27,967 nt of DNA from a virus (Duplodnaviria; Caudoviricetes): IMG/VR virus record IMGVR_UViG_3300020044_007438, positions 1-27,967 of that record. One strand, 5' to 3'. Each line of letters starts with the position of its first letter. Position 1 is the first letter of the stretch. A program made the translations under genes and the position numbers. The notes beneath the pieces were generated by a model that was given only the letters and a program-made list of their open reading frames with translations, did no database searches and was not told the DNA's origin. Of the stretch, positions 6,163 through 15,392 are shown in pieces.

Positions 6163-6453
6163 TCAGCCTGTGACCCGCTTGTAGACGGTGGCGATCTTTC
6201 CGTTTAGCCGGATATTCCGACTGGCAAGCTCCCCATTTTTAGCCATCCTGCCGAACTTGGATCGAAGTGAGGCGTGGTTCACTTCTAGGCCAGCCGCGAT
6301 CATTCTCTTCGCGGCCATGTCCACGGTGAACTCATCGGGCTTGACGTAGTTTTCCTGCTCAGATTCGACCAGCCACGCAAGCACGTCGTCGATCTTGCCT
6401 AAAGTATCCCCAGCGGGCTGATCCAGTCGTTTCCCTCTTTTACTATTTGCCAT
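6163..6453 (-). CDS. Hypothetical protein, possible winged helix-turn-helix
   Basis: 96 aa; EFTVDMAAK...SLRSKFGRMAKNGEL...VYKR helix-helix-wing pattern; overlaps the upstream gene by 55 nt. Confidence 0.55.
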   Translation of the reverse strand: MANSKRGKRLDQPAGDTLGKIDDVLAWLVESEQENYVKPDEFTVDMAAKRMIAAGLEVNHASLRSKFGRMAKNGELASRNIRLNGKIATVYKRVTG

Positions 6454-7124
6454 ACTTCGTGTTTTCCGGTTTTGGTATTGTGCAGCCCGTAGGCGAAAGA
6501 GTTGCGCCAGCCGAGCTTGGCAGCGTGGTGGTCGGCGTAGGACATCTTGGTCATATCAGCGAGCGTGCCGACGCTGTGAGCCGTGCCGCCGTCAATGTGC
6601 CGGGCGTGGTAGATGTCGGGCTTGTGGGTGTGACCGTGGATGCAACTGCCCCAATGTTCGAAGTGTGCCTTGGCTGGATACATCGTGGCGCGGAATCCAT
6701 GGATCAGCTTGAGGCTGCCGATGGATAGGTGCGATGAAACATTCCACGGCACCCACTTGATCCGCATCTTTCGCATCTCGTCCTCGGTGTCCTGTGCTTT
6801 TTTCGCGCAAAGCTCCGCAAGCATCCCGTTGCTCGACTCCTGCGCGGCACGCCAGAGTCGGTGGTCGTGGTTGCCCATGGTCAGCATGTTCGGCCGATAC
6901 CAGTCGAGCAGCTCCATGCCGCAGTTGTAATCGTAGCTGATGCCCTCCATGCGTTCCTCCGGGGAAGCACCCTTGCGAAGCGATCGGAAGTCGAACACGT
7001 CACCCAGGTGGACTCGGTGCTTCGGTTTCCACTCGGCGATGAACCGCTTGACTACCTTCGTCGCATCCGGGCAGACAAGATCGCCGTGGGTGTCTGCAAG
7101 AAAGATTGATTTTTCCCATGCCAT
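6399..7124 (-). CDS. Calcineurin-like metallophosphoesterase
   Basis: All five motifs present: ADTHG, LGDVFD, GNHD, IHG, GHTH. Confidence 0.92.
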   Translation of the reverse strand: MAWEKSIFLADTHGDLVCPDATKVVKRFIAEWKPKHRVHLGDVFDFRSLRKGASPEERMEGISYDYNCGMELLDWYRPNMLTMGNHDHRLWRAAQESSNGMLAELCAKKAQDTEDEMRKMRIKWVPWNVSSHLSIGSLKLIHGFRATMYPAKAHFEHWGSCIHGHTHKPDIYHARHIDGGTAHSVGTLADMTKMSYADHHAAKLGWRNSFAYGLHNTKTGKHEVWQIVKEGNDWISPLGIL

Positions 7125-7178
7125 GATTTTGAGCAGTTAAATTCGTGCGAGATGGTTGCGTTTCTGACAACTTTCCCG

Positions 7179-7493
7179 TTATTCCAAAATGGTCAGTTGT
7201 TGATGGACTTTTTGCCAAGCGGGAAAAAAGACATTTTCCAGTGCGCGGACGAAGCATTCTTCATAGCGATCAAATCCTTCGATGTAGGTTAGACCGCAGA
7301 TGTCGAGCGCTGCGTGGAGCATCTCATGGCGCAGCGTCTCGCGCAGGCTGGATTGTTTGGCAAGCGTCCTTGCTGCAAGGACGATCTCAGCATCGTCGCC
7401 GCGATACTCGCCCCACGCTTCGAGCTTCGGGTCGATACGGATGGCTATGATGCGCCCTCCGATGGTGATCTGTGTGGGAGGGTTGGCGGGCAT
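7179..7493 (-). CDS. Small zincin-like HEXXH metallopeptidase-domain protein
   Basis: 104 aa; WGEY...IVL...ETLRHEMLHAAL...EE pattern. Confidence 0.75.
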   Translation of the reverse strand: MPANPPTQITIGGRIIAIRIDPKLEAWGEYRGDDAEIVLAARTLAKQSSLRETLRHEMLHAALDICGLTYIEGFDRYEECFVRALENVFFPAWQKVHQQLTILE

Positions 7494-7498
7494 GGTGG

Positions 7499-8062
7499 TT
7501 ATCGGGTTGCCTCAAAGTGCATCGCATCGCGGCTCCAGAAAGCGCCGGCAGAGAGCCAGCCTTGCCGCGCGAACGCCTCCATAGCCTCGATGGGCATGGT
7601 GGCAGCGCGTGGCCAGTGGGCGCGCAGGCCGTTCGTGTCCGGCGCGAAGTCAACGGCGATGCCCCAGGCGTGTTTGCTGTGCCGAAATCCGCCGCGCATC
7701 TTGCGGTAGTTGTAGCAGCCAGCGTATTGTCCGAGGATCCACGCCGAAGGTGTGTCAGCGATGTCGGCGATGGCAGCGATCAACGAATGAGCGACAAGGT
7801 GATGGCAGCGGATGCTGCGCACGGCTGCGCCATCGTATTTCACGCCGAGGCCGATCACCGGCAAGTTGACGAGCTGCGACTCATCGCCCGGCTGCCCGAA
7901 CCGGGCAATGACGCTTGCGTCGTCGCCGTTCGGCCATGGGTGAGGTTGCGGCATGAGTGACCGCAGGTGCCGCTGACAGGCGGCAGTCGATACATCGCCC
8001 CATAGACCGTCCGGCTTCGTGCCGATCCGTTCCTGCAAGGCGATGATCTGTGCCTTGGTCAT
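7499..8062 (-). CDS. Endolysin: peptidoglycan-binding N-terminus plus M15 family peptidase
   Basis: LQERIGTKPDGLWG (PG-binding-like); YNYRKMRGG..SKHAWGIAVD and DAMHFE zinc motifs. Confidence 0.9.
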   Translation of the reverse strand: MTKAQIIALQERIGTKPDGLWGDVSTAACQRHLRSLMPQPHPWPNGDDASVIARFGQPGDESQLVNLPVIGLGVKYDGAAVRSIRCHHLVAHSLIAAIADIADTPSAWILGQYAGCYNYRKMRGGFRHSKHAWGIAVDFAPDTNGLRAHWPRAATMPIEAMEAFARQGWLSAGAFWSRDAMHFEATR

Positions 8063-8235
8063 TTGGTCGGGTTGACGTAAATACTGCGTGATATTTCCGT
8101 CGCGGCGACAACGCTGGCTTGGTCGATGCCGCGTTGCTCGATCACGGTAACCGTGCCGTCAGGCGAGGTCGTGGTGGTGATCGTCGAGACGCAGGAGGCC
8201 AGCGCGAGGCAGGCGAGGGCGAGGATGGTTTTCAT
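8059..8235 (-). CDS. Small lipoprotein in the lysis cluster (58 aa; spanin candidate)
   Basis: MKTILALACLALASC: signal peptide with LASC lipobox; ATGA overlaps at both ends. Confidence 0.7.
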   Translation of the reverse strand: MKTILALACLALASCVSTITTTTSPDGTVTVIEQRGIDQASVVAATEISRSIYVNPTK

Positions 8236-8396
8236 CGGCGGGGGGTGTTGGTTGTGTCGTTGGCGAGATAGCCGAGGACGGCGAGGGATACTGGCAAGAT
8301 CCATGTTTTCCAGTCGATCAGTGAGTTCCCATCCTGGACGGTTGTCTGGATGGCGGCGGCGGCGGCTGCAAGCAGTCCGATAAGTGTCGTCTTCAT
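8232..8396 (-). CDS. Holin-like small membrane protein (54 aa)
   Basis: Not in the ORF track: MKTTLIGLLAAAAAAIQTTVQDGNSLIDWKTWILPVSLAVLGYLANDTTNTPRR; two hydrophobic stretches; ATGA overlaps at both ends. Confidence 0.65.
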   Translation of the reverse strand: MKTTLIGLLAAAAAAIQTTVQDGNSLIDWKTWILPVSLAVLGYLANDTTNTPRR

Positions 8397-8596
8397 AGAT
8401 TACGATTTTTGTAAAGGCATGTCCCGAGGCCGCAGCCTTTGCTCAGGCGATCAACATCCTCCTGTAGCTTGACAACGATGCCGCGCAGGGTGGCGATCTC
8501 ATTCGATAAAGCGCGGTAGATGATCGCGGCCAGCGTGCTGATGACGGTGGCAAGCGCGATCATCACGGTCAAAATCCATTCGGTGGGGACGGTCAT
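8393..8596 (-). CDS. Membrane protein, TM helix plus coiled coil (67 aa; holin or inner-spanin candidate)
   Basis: MTVPTEWILTVMIALATVISTLAAIIY then a heptad region and two C-terminal Cys. Confidence 0.65.
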   Translation of the reverse strand: MTVPTEWILTVMIALATVISTLAAIIYRALSNEIATLRGIVVKLQEDVDRLSKGCGLGTCLYKNRNL

Positions 8597-8609
8597 TGTG
8601 TGGCTAGGG

Positions 8610-10664
8610 TTATTCGTTTGATATGACTTTGAAAACTCCAAACTGTCGGATGTCGTAAGTCACATCTGTTGCGGTAAAATCTATAAAAGCGTCAATAATA
8701 ACCGGATCTGTGATTACCGGATTGATGACTGTTCCTGTTCCTGTTCCTGCTGCGGTGGCGATGAATCGCGTTCCAACCGTGTTGTTTACTGCCCCGACAA
8801 GCGTAAAGTCTGTTGTGCCAACCGTTAGGATTTCATATTGTTTCCCAGCCACCATTGAAGTTGCATTAAGGCTGGTGACAAACGGCGGCACGGTAAATTC
8901 CGGCGAGATAAAAAGCCCGGTGATCGGGTTAAAATTACCTGTTCCCAAGTTGCTACCTTGTGAGATTGCCCTAAAATTAACAAAGCTGGCATTCGACCCA
9001 GAAACGCGCCCTAAGATCGTAATGTCTCTGAGTGTATGTGTGCCGCTGACCGGACGGAGACGGCAAGCGAATCTTACTCGCTCGCCCTGTTTCAAACCTG
9101 TAGTAGCGCGGATGTAAATTGATCCTGCTGTATTGGCGACGGATGGGACTACGCGAACGCGTTGCCACGTTGTCCCGTCTGCGTCGGTCTGCGCTGACCA
9201 TGTATCAGTAAATGCAGATCCTCCTTTTGCCCATCCTGTCGGGATAGTGGCTTGGGATGGGGAGTTGTTGGTCGTCACCCATATCGCCGACGATGATGGC
9301 GGCACGATGGTTGCGGGCGGTCGGGCTGCGTATGAGCTGGCGATCTGCGTGTTGATTGCCACCGCCAAGCGGTGTGCGTATGCAGGTGTAGGGTGGATTC
9401 CATCCCACAATGACTCCGTAGTGGCAAAGCCACCTGACATAGTAGCAAGCGCGTGGGTGTCGATAAGCGTCACGCCGAGGGATGTCGCGATAGCGGAGAG
9501 TGATGCGTTAGCGGTGGCAATGTTGTCGCGCCGTGTGGTAGCAGTGGCGGATGACTTGTCTAGGGCAACGCCCGTGCCTGTTCCTGCCGATCCCGATTTC
9601 ACAAATACGGTGCCGACGTTGTTATCGGCAGCTCCAAAGCTCGTCCATGTGGTTGTCCCTGCGGAATAAATTTCGTAGGTGTTTCCGTTGGTCATCGACG
9701 CTGCAGCGGTTGCCCCGCCTCCATACGGGGTGCAGTTAAAGGCGATGACGGGTAGCCCGGTGGATACTGCTTTCGTCCAGTAGCTTGTGAGTCGGGTAAT
9801 GAGGGTCGCCGCCGATACGCCGCCCGTGATGATGTCATTGATCCCGCCTTCCAACACGAGCATTTCCGCGCCGGAGTTGAGGGCGTTGTCGAGAGGATAC
9901 ACGCCGGATGCGCCATCGGTCAGTCCCGGGAGTTGGTATCCTGAATACCCAAAGGTTTTCTGTGATGCGGATTCGGCTGTTCCGTAGTTTCTGACAAGAC
10001 GCACGCGATGGCCTGAGATGTGTTCAAGCCACGCTCCATACCCCGCGCCTGTATCATGGATTCGCGGTTGGTGGGTGGTGTCGATTGCCGAAGATTGAGC
10101 GGTGATGGATGTCCCGACGAGGGCAACACGAAGCGGATTAGTGAGATCAGCACGGCCTTGGTCGCCTTTGTCGCCTGTCGCGTAGAAGTCGAACGTGACG
10201 ACCTCGTTGTTGTCGAACGCAGAGCCGGAAACGTATGTCCCGTTGATGTGGTGATGGTTGCCCTCGTCAGTGACGCTGGTGACGAGGAAGTTGAAATGGC
10301 TGGTGTCCGCGTTCGAGTTGCTGCGGATCACGACCCGCGCCTTGATGGTCGAGGTCGAGTCGTCGATCAAGGCCAGCAGTGCGCTGGTGTTTGTGCCGTC
10401 GAAGTCGGTGTCACGAATCGAAATCCGCGTCACGGCGCTCAAGGTCGAGCTGTTGAATTTCAGATAACCCGCACTCGGTGATCCGGCGCTTGTGCTCGTG
10501 TCGAACGTGTATTTCAGACCGGCACGGTCGCCTTGCGCTCCGGTGGCTCCGGTGGCTCCGTTGGCTCCGGTGGCTCCGGTGGCTCCGGCTGGCCCACGCG
10601 ATCCGATAGCTACTGAAAATTCGGTAGACTCGTTATTTGCCGTGAATGTGATGTTTGTGGCCAT
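8610..10664 (-). CDS. Tail spike/fibre with collagen-like repeat and SGNH hydrolase domain
   Basis: 684 aa; (G-x-y)n near the N-terminus; SGNH blocks VGTSIT, GYSG, EGGIND, DGIHP; beta-rich C-terminus; last gene of the tail module. Confidence 0.82.
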   Translation of the reverse strand: MATNITFTANNESTEFSVAIGSRGPAGATGATGANGATGATGAQGDRAGLKYTFDTSTSAGSPSAGYLKFNSSTLSAVTRISIRDTDFDGTNTSALLALIDDSTSTIKARVVIRSNSNADTSHFNFLVTSVTDEGNHHHINGTYVSGSAFDNNEVVTFDFYATGDKGDQGRADLTNPLRVALVGTSITAQSSAIDTTHQPRIHDTGAGYGAWLEHISGHRVRLVRNYGTAESASQKTFGYSGYQLPGLTDGASGVYPLDNALNSGAEMLVLEGGINDIITGGVSAATLITRLTSYWTKAVSTGLPVIAFNCTPYGGGATAAASMTNGNTYEIYSAGTTTWTSFGAADNNVGTVFVKSGSAGTGTGVALDKSSATATTRRDNIATANASLSAIATSLGVTLIDTHALATMSGGFATTESLWDGIHPTPAYAHRLAVAINTQIASSYAARPPATIVPPSSSAIWVTTNNSPSQATIPTGWAKGGSAFTDTWSAQTDADGTTWQRVRVVPSVANTAGSIYIRATTGLKQGERVRFACRLRPVSGTHTLRDITILGRVSGSNASFVNFRAISQGSNLGTGNFNPITGLFISPEFTVPPFVTSLNATSMVAGKQYEILTVGTTDFTLVGAVNNTVGTRFIATAAGTGTGTVINPVITDPVIIDAFIDFTATDVTYDIRQFGVFKVISNE
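10519..10596 (-). repeat. Collagen-like coding repeat (GPAGATGATGANGATGATGAQGDRAG), 9-bp CCGGTGGCT units
   Basis: Read directly from the sequence; boundaries approximate. Confidence 0.85.
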
Positions 10665-11029
10665 TATGCGTGAGGATCTGCGATAATTTGATGAGTGCCT
10701 TTGAACCAGTCTTTATCAAGCACAGATGCGCCATCAATCGTTTCGATTGCCCATGAATAGAAACCAGCTGGGATAGAAATTGCGCGAGGTTCAACGGTAA
10801 ACGCCCATGCGTAAGCAGTTGCCGTGCTGATGGTAATTTCTCCAACGTCGTTGCTGTCCAAGGTCAGAGCAACAGATCCATCGGTCAGGCTCTTCCACGA
10901 CATTCTGACTCTCGACAAGGTGCTAGAATACTTCGTGTCGTCGCTCGATGTAATCGCGATGGTTAGTCCTGACCAAGTTTCCCCAGTCACCGTTTGAGGC
11001 AGCGTGATATTTTGAGGATCGCAACTCAT
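10664..11029 (-). CDS. Putative fibre adaptor (BppU N-terminal-like beta protein)
   Basis: 121 aa; GETW...AGFYSWAIE...GTHQI pattern; directly upstream of the spike. Confidence 0.55.
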   Translation of the reverse strand: MSCDPQNITLPQTVTGETWSGLTIAITSSDDTKYSSTLSRVRMSWKSLTDGSVALTLDSNDVGEITISTATAYAWAFTVEPRAISIPAGFYSWAIETIDGASVLDKDWFKGTHQIIADPHA

Positions 11030-11031
11030 GG

Positions 11032-11892
11032 TCAGGTCGTTTTGCCAACAACGGTAATGTAGAGATCACTGTCCGAAGTAGCGTTGAAAGTCAGAGTGGT
11101 AAGCAGGTCAGAAAGGTTGTTCGTGTCGTTCGTTGCGACTCGGTATTCGCCGGCGCGTAGTTTCGCATCTTCGTTGGTGGATGTCATGGTGACTGCACCA
11201 GTTGCGCATCTTGCCCAGAATCCTTTAAGCGTAACGATTGTAGGGATCGCGATGCCTTCAAAGTCCTTTGCGTCCCCATCGCTGATGTTCGCGCCAGCAC
11301 TTGCAGTGCCTGAGGTCGTGTTGGCAGAGGTTGCAGCAGCCGATACGCCTAGCCCGGCTGCAATGGCAATGTTGAGCGTTGCATCATTCGCTGGCAAGAA
11401 CCCCAAGGTCGATGCGTTGCGCGTTGTGATGACGGTGTTAGTCGAGCTGGTCGCTGTGAACAGTGCTGTGTAATCCGCGTCTGCGTTAAGCGCCGCAGTA
11501 ATAGCAGTTGCGATAAGCGTTGCCGTCGTCTGAACTCCTGTTGTTAGCGGCACCAAGATAGCCTTTGGTGATCCGGTCATGCCTGCTGCTGTCACCGTAA
11601 CTGTAAGATTGCCCGAACTCGTCGCACCAGACGCGGCGGTTACTGTTGCTGTCTCGACCTGGGCAGTTCCGGCTGTAAATGCGTCCGATGCGGACGTTGT
11701 GTTTGTCGCAACGACAAGAACAAGATTGCTGCCAGAAACGATCCTTGCTCTCAGAGCATAGGCAACATCGCAGTTGGTGAGGGTGACAAAGTTATTGAAC
11801 GTGCCGATCTCGACAGAGCCGGTTACACCCGTTGAAGTTGCTGTTGCGGTGGCTGATAATCCCGCGTTCGCCCTAGCTGCCGTCAAGGTCAT
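11032..11892 (-). CDS. Thr/Ala-rich virion structural protein
   Basis: 286 aa, beta-rich composition (AQVETATVT...ATLIATAITAALNAD); has its own promoter-like motif. Confidence 0.65.
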   Translation of the reverse strand: MTLTAARANAGLSATATATSTGVTGSVEIGTFNNFVTLTNCDVAYALRARIVSGSNLVLVVATNTTSASDAFTAGTAQVETATVTAASGATSSGNLTVTVTAAGMTGSPKAILVPLTTGVQTTATLIATAITAALNADADYTALFTATSSTNTVITTRNASTLGFLPANDATLNIAIAAGLGVSAAATSANTTSGTASAGANISDGDAKDFEGIAIPTIVTLKGFWARCATGAVTMTSTNEDAKLRAGEYRVATNDTNNLSDLLTTLTFNATSDSDLYITVVGKTT

Positions 11893-11926
11893 GAGCTAGA
11901 ATTGCCCGATGCGTGGCGAAAGTCAA
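11893..11926 (-). promoter_or_regulatory. Late promoter-like motif (TTGACTTTCGCC), starts 34 nt before ATG 11892
   Basis: One of four matching copies at fixed spacing to an ATG. Confidence 0.7.
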
Positions 11927-11928
11927 TT

Positions 11929-12393
11929 TCAAACGGGAGGGCCGAACGTCACGTCGATGATCTCGATAAGCAATTCCTCGGATGATCCTGTGTCATTGTA
12001 AGCAAATGATGCGTAAATCTGCCATTGGTTCCCGCATGCTCGACCCATTAGCCCCAGATCGTTGAGGTCGATCACAATATACACACTACCTTCATCGTAA
12101 AAAAACACTTCCTCGATAAGATCCTCGTTGATGTAAACAGAGACTGCTTTTTCTGATTCTGGGTTGGTATTAGTGGCGCGGATGGTGGCTTTCCACAAGC
12201 AGCATGTTGCGAAATTGATGTATCCTTGTGCCGAAAGATCTCCCACTACACGCCACTCGTCATCGTCCTCTGCGCCTGTTAATTCCGCATCATCAGACAA
12301 AAGCGATACCGTCCGCCACTTCGGCGTGCTTGCCCCGTGCTTGACGCAGTAGCGCGTCCCGTCAATGTCGATGCTCTGTATCAGGTGGCTCAT
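11929..12393 (-). CDS. Tail-associated hypothetical protein (154 aa, MSHLIQSID...)
   Basis: Track ORF 11929..12567, start moved to ATG 12393 (ATGA overlap); acidic. Confidence 0.7.
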   Translation of the reverse strand: MSHLIQSIDIDGTRYCVKHGASTPKWRTVSLLSDDAELTGAEDDDEWRVVGDLSAQGYINFATCCLWKATIRATNTNPESEKAVSVYINEDLIEEVFFYDEGSVYIVIDLNDLGLMGRACGNQWQIYASFAYNDTGSSEELLIEIIDVTFGPPV

Positions 12394-13325
12394 GGTGTCG
12401 GTATTCCAAGGATAGTGTATTCGGTCGGCGTGCCATCTACGCAGATATTGACGATGACCTCTTGGTATTCGACCCACTCTGGCGTGGTTCCATCGTGCTG
12501 CAATACCCACTTGTATCCGCTGGGTGGAGCTGCAAGCAAAACCCATTCCTGGCCAGTTGCATCCCAATACAGCATGTCTCCATCTGTCACGCCGTCTTTC
12601 ATTTTGATCTCAATATCGTCGGCATTTTCAGTGATCTCAATACCTGACCCATCTTTAAGATACCTCAAATCCCACCTACCAGCGGATGTGTTCCACTCCT
12701 TCAAAATCCTTGCCTCACCGCCACTTGCTGAAGTCGTAGTGTTTTCCAATAGTTCTGGCTGAAAATGGTCAATATGTCCCGTGTGGAGTTGGTCGCATTG
12801 AAGTTGTGCGGGGGCGGTGGTGCTGTCGGGGTTGGCGATGATCTCAGCAATACGGATGTAGCGTTCTCCTTCCGTCCCTGACTGGTTGTCACCGCCGATA
12901 AGCTCTGGAGGCGAGTCCTCCGGCCATGCCGTCCCGCTGTCGAAAGCTGCCGCCGTGCATTTGCCCTCAACGTCAATCGTCAGCTCGACCCAGAGCTTGT
13001 CATCCTCAATGACGACTAGCGGTTCTTCGGTTGTCGGCAGGTCTGTGATCTCGATTGGCTCCCCAATTTCCGCGCTGGCGTTGTGGCGCGGCACCACATG
13101 CCCGAACTGTGCGAATACCTCGTAGGTTTCAGGGTCGCCCGGAATGCGCCGCAGAGTGACCGTAAGGGGCGCAAGTTTCGGGGCGGGAAATACAATTCCC
13201 GACATCTTGTCTTGCCGTGCCGCAAGTCTTTTTACGGATTGCCACAAGTCAGCTATGTCCCTTGCCATCACTCGGTCGCCTCGCTTGGGTGGCGTCGGGT
13301 TGTTGTTTATCGGGATTTGGCTCAT
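12390..13325 (-). CDS. Putative tail tip/minor tail protein
   Basis: 311 aa, second gene after the tape measure, ATGA overlaps; function by synteny. Confidence 0.6.
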   Translation of the reverse strand: MSQIPINNNPTPPKRGDRVMARDIADLWQSVKRLAARQDKMSGIVFPAPKLAPLTVTLRRIPGDPETYEVFAQFGHVVPRHNASAEIGEPIEITDLPTTEEPLVVIEDDKLWVELTIDVEGKCTAAAFDSGTAWPEDSPPELIGGDNQSGTEGERYIRIAEIIANPDSTTAPAQLQCDQLHTGHIDHFQPELLENTTTSASGGEARILKEWNTSAGRWDLRYLKDGSGIEITENADDIEIKMKDGVTDGDMLYWDATGQEWVLLAAPPSGYKWVLQHDGTTPEWVEYQEVIVNICVDGTPTEYTILGIPTP

Positions 13326-14137
13326 GGCGTGTAAAGTAACGTGTTATCGTCGCTGTCCTCGATGGTTGACCATGTGCGCGTCCAGGTGATCGGGCTGTCG
13401 CTGGATCGCGTCTCGGTCGATCCTGTCAGCATCCAGACGGTATTCGGTGGGGTCGCTGGGTTCTTCGGCGGGGTGTCCTTAAATCCCATGTCGGCAACCT
13501 CTGCATTAGTCAATCCTCCGAGGTCAGTCTGCGTCTCGGTGTATTCGGCTACCGGCGTTTTGTATGTCCGGTTGTCTCGCTTGAAAATACAATTAAACCA
13601 ATCGAGTTCGTCCCCGCCCGAGATCGTGACAATCTCATTGCCCGTTACGTTATCCTCAATCAAGATTCCAGAGGTTACCTCTGTGTAACGGGCTTGTCCG
13701 TTGTAAAGCCGAACCATGCCGTTTGCTGCTGAGTTGACGGATTGGTCTAGTAAAAGAAATTTCGGATGCCTGATTGTCGGAGTCTCCCCAAGGCTTGTGG
13801 TTAACTCGTAGACTTTCTGCTTCTCAGATTCTGGCTCAGATAGCTCAAAGTATCCGCTGAAATTGATCCGTATTAAATCAATGCCGTTTCCTCCACCAGC
13901 ATTCTCCTCGTATTCATGGTCATCAACGACCATGATGTTGAAATAATCATCGCCGTCAGGATACAAAGTGGCAAGTTGCACCCCTTTATCGAGGTTCGGG
14001 CGTATGAGGCTGTAATCTCCACGCCGAATCGTGAAGCTCATGCTTGCGGTAGTCTTACCAGTCTTGTCTGTTGTCGCCCTAAAATCGTTTCGCGGTTTCA
14101 ACACGCCGCTTGCCAGTCCGTAAACTGTCGCGCTCAT
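13322..14137 (-). CDS. Putative distal tail/minor tail protein
   Basis: 271 aa, directly after the tape measure; function by synteny. Confidence 0.6.
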   Translation of the reverse strand: MSATVYGLASGVLKPRNDFRATTDKTGKTTASMSFTIRRGDYSLIRPNLDKGVQLATLYPDGDDYFNIMVVDDHEYEENAGGGNGIDLIRINFSGYFELSEPESEKQKVYELTTSLGETPTIRHPKFLLLDQSVNSAANGMVRLYNGQARYTEVTSGILIEDNVTGNEIVTISGGDELDWFNCIFKRDNRTYKTPVAEYTETQTDLGGLTNAEVADMGFKDTPPKNPATPPNTVWMLTGSTETRSSDSPITWTRTWSTIEDSDDNTLLYTP

Positions 14138-15177
14138 GCGTACATCGCGCCTCCATCGCGGTAGATGCGTTCAAGTAGCGAGTTTGTTTTCATGATTTCG
14201 GTCGTTGGGTCGATCATTGATGTTGAGTCATCTTTCCCGCCGAAGAATGACGGCAGCTTTATGCCGGGCATTTTAAGACTGATGCTATCAAATATCCCCA
14301 TTCCGATCAGTTTGCCCAGTCCTCGGAACTTTTCTTCAATGCTCTTCCAGATTTCAGAATCACCCATGACTTCGATTGCTTTTGCAAGCTCGGCCTTCAG
14401 CGTGTAAACGATTTTGGAAAAGTCACCGGTATCAATCGCCTGCTGGATTCCGTCCATCAGTTTTTTTACCGTGCTTCCATCGCCGCCGATAGCGTTGAAG
14501 ATGGCGAGGTTAAGTCCGCGCCACAGGTAAGGCAGTCGCTTGAATTGATCTTGCGCTTTGCCAAGTCTGATTGCCGCTGCTTCTACGTTCGAGGCGAAGC
14601 CGTCCATTTCCTCACCTGCCTGGTTAAATACGTCCTGGTTGCGGAAAAGTTTCAAAAGCTGCATGGACATTTTCGCGCCGAAAATCTTCTCCAAACTGTT
14701 TTCAACCTTGCCAGCATCATCGCCCATTGCTGCGACTGCTCTGCCGATCATCTCAAATTGCTCCATCGTAGTTTTGCCTGCCAAGTCACTGCTTTGCAAT
14801 CCGATAGCGCGGAACGCTTTTTGTAAATCTTCGCCGCCGTTTGCTGCGTCATAGATGTTGTCGCGAAGAGTGGAAAGCATCCGACCTGCTTTGACTTCCG
14901 ACCCAGCTAAGTCCAGCGCCCGATCAAGTTTGATGATTTCGGCGGTTGATGCTTTTACTTGGAGCGCTGTGTCTTCGGCCTCGCCAGCAAAGTCTGCGAG
15001 CTGGTCAACGCCAGTCGCCGCTTTGATAGCCAAGTCCACGAGACTCTTGCTCATCATCGCGCCGGCACCCATCGCCATGCCCCGTCCTACGGATTTGAAC
15101 ATGCCGCCGATAGATCCGAATCCTTTTTTAACTGCTGACGAGTCAAAGCCTACTTTTAAAGTTGTTCCGATAGCCAT
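14134..15177 (-). CDS. Tail tape measure protein (short, 347 aa)
   Basis: Helical Ala/Gly-rich sequence (AFRAIGL...EQFEMIGRAV...KIFGAK), directly downstream of the frameshifted chaperones. Confidence 0.8.
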   Translation of the reverse strand: MAIGTTLKVGFDSSAVKKGFGSIGGMFKSVGRGMAMGAGAMMSKSLVDLAIKAATGVDQLADFAGEAEDTALQVKASTAEIIKLDRALDLAGSEVKAGRMLSTLRDNIYDAANGGEDLQKAFRAIGLQSSDLAGKTTMEQFEMIGRAVAAMGDDAGKVENSLEKIFGAKMSMQLLKLFRNQDVFNQAGEEMDGFASNVEAAAIRLGKAQDQFKRLPYLWRGLNLAIFNAIGGDGSTVKKLMDGIQQAIDTGDFSKIVYTLKAELAKAIEVMGDSEIWKSIEEKFRGLGKLIGMGIFDSISLKMPGIKLPSFFGGKDDSTSMIDPTTEIMKTNSLLERIYRDGGAMYA

Positions 15178-15392
15178 TGGTCAATTCTCCCTTCTAGTTC
15201 CTGTTGTTTTTTGTTTGTTGCCTCGCATTCGATTGTTTGTGTGTATCTGAGCGTAGATCCGTGTCGAGCCGCTTCACAATACATCAGTTGCATCACTCGC
15301 GCCATGTCCGTTTCCCAGATGAGTTTGTCCGCATTGATCCCATGACGGATCGCGAACGACTCGATCTGGGCTAGGAGGCATGGCGAATCTCC
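15156..15392 (-). CDS. Tail assembly chaperone gpT-like segment, expressed by -1 frameshift as a G-T fusion
   Basis: Not in the ORF track. The -1 frame is open from the slippery site (GDSPCLLAQIESFAIRHGINADKLIWETDMARVMQLMYCEAARHG...WLSEQL) to TAA at 15158-15156. Confidence 0.8.
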   Translation of the reverse strand, partial: GDSPCLLAQIESFAIRHGINADKLIWETDMARVMQLMYCEAARHGSTLRYTQTIECEATNKKQQELEGRIDQWLSEQL

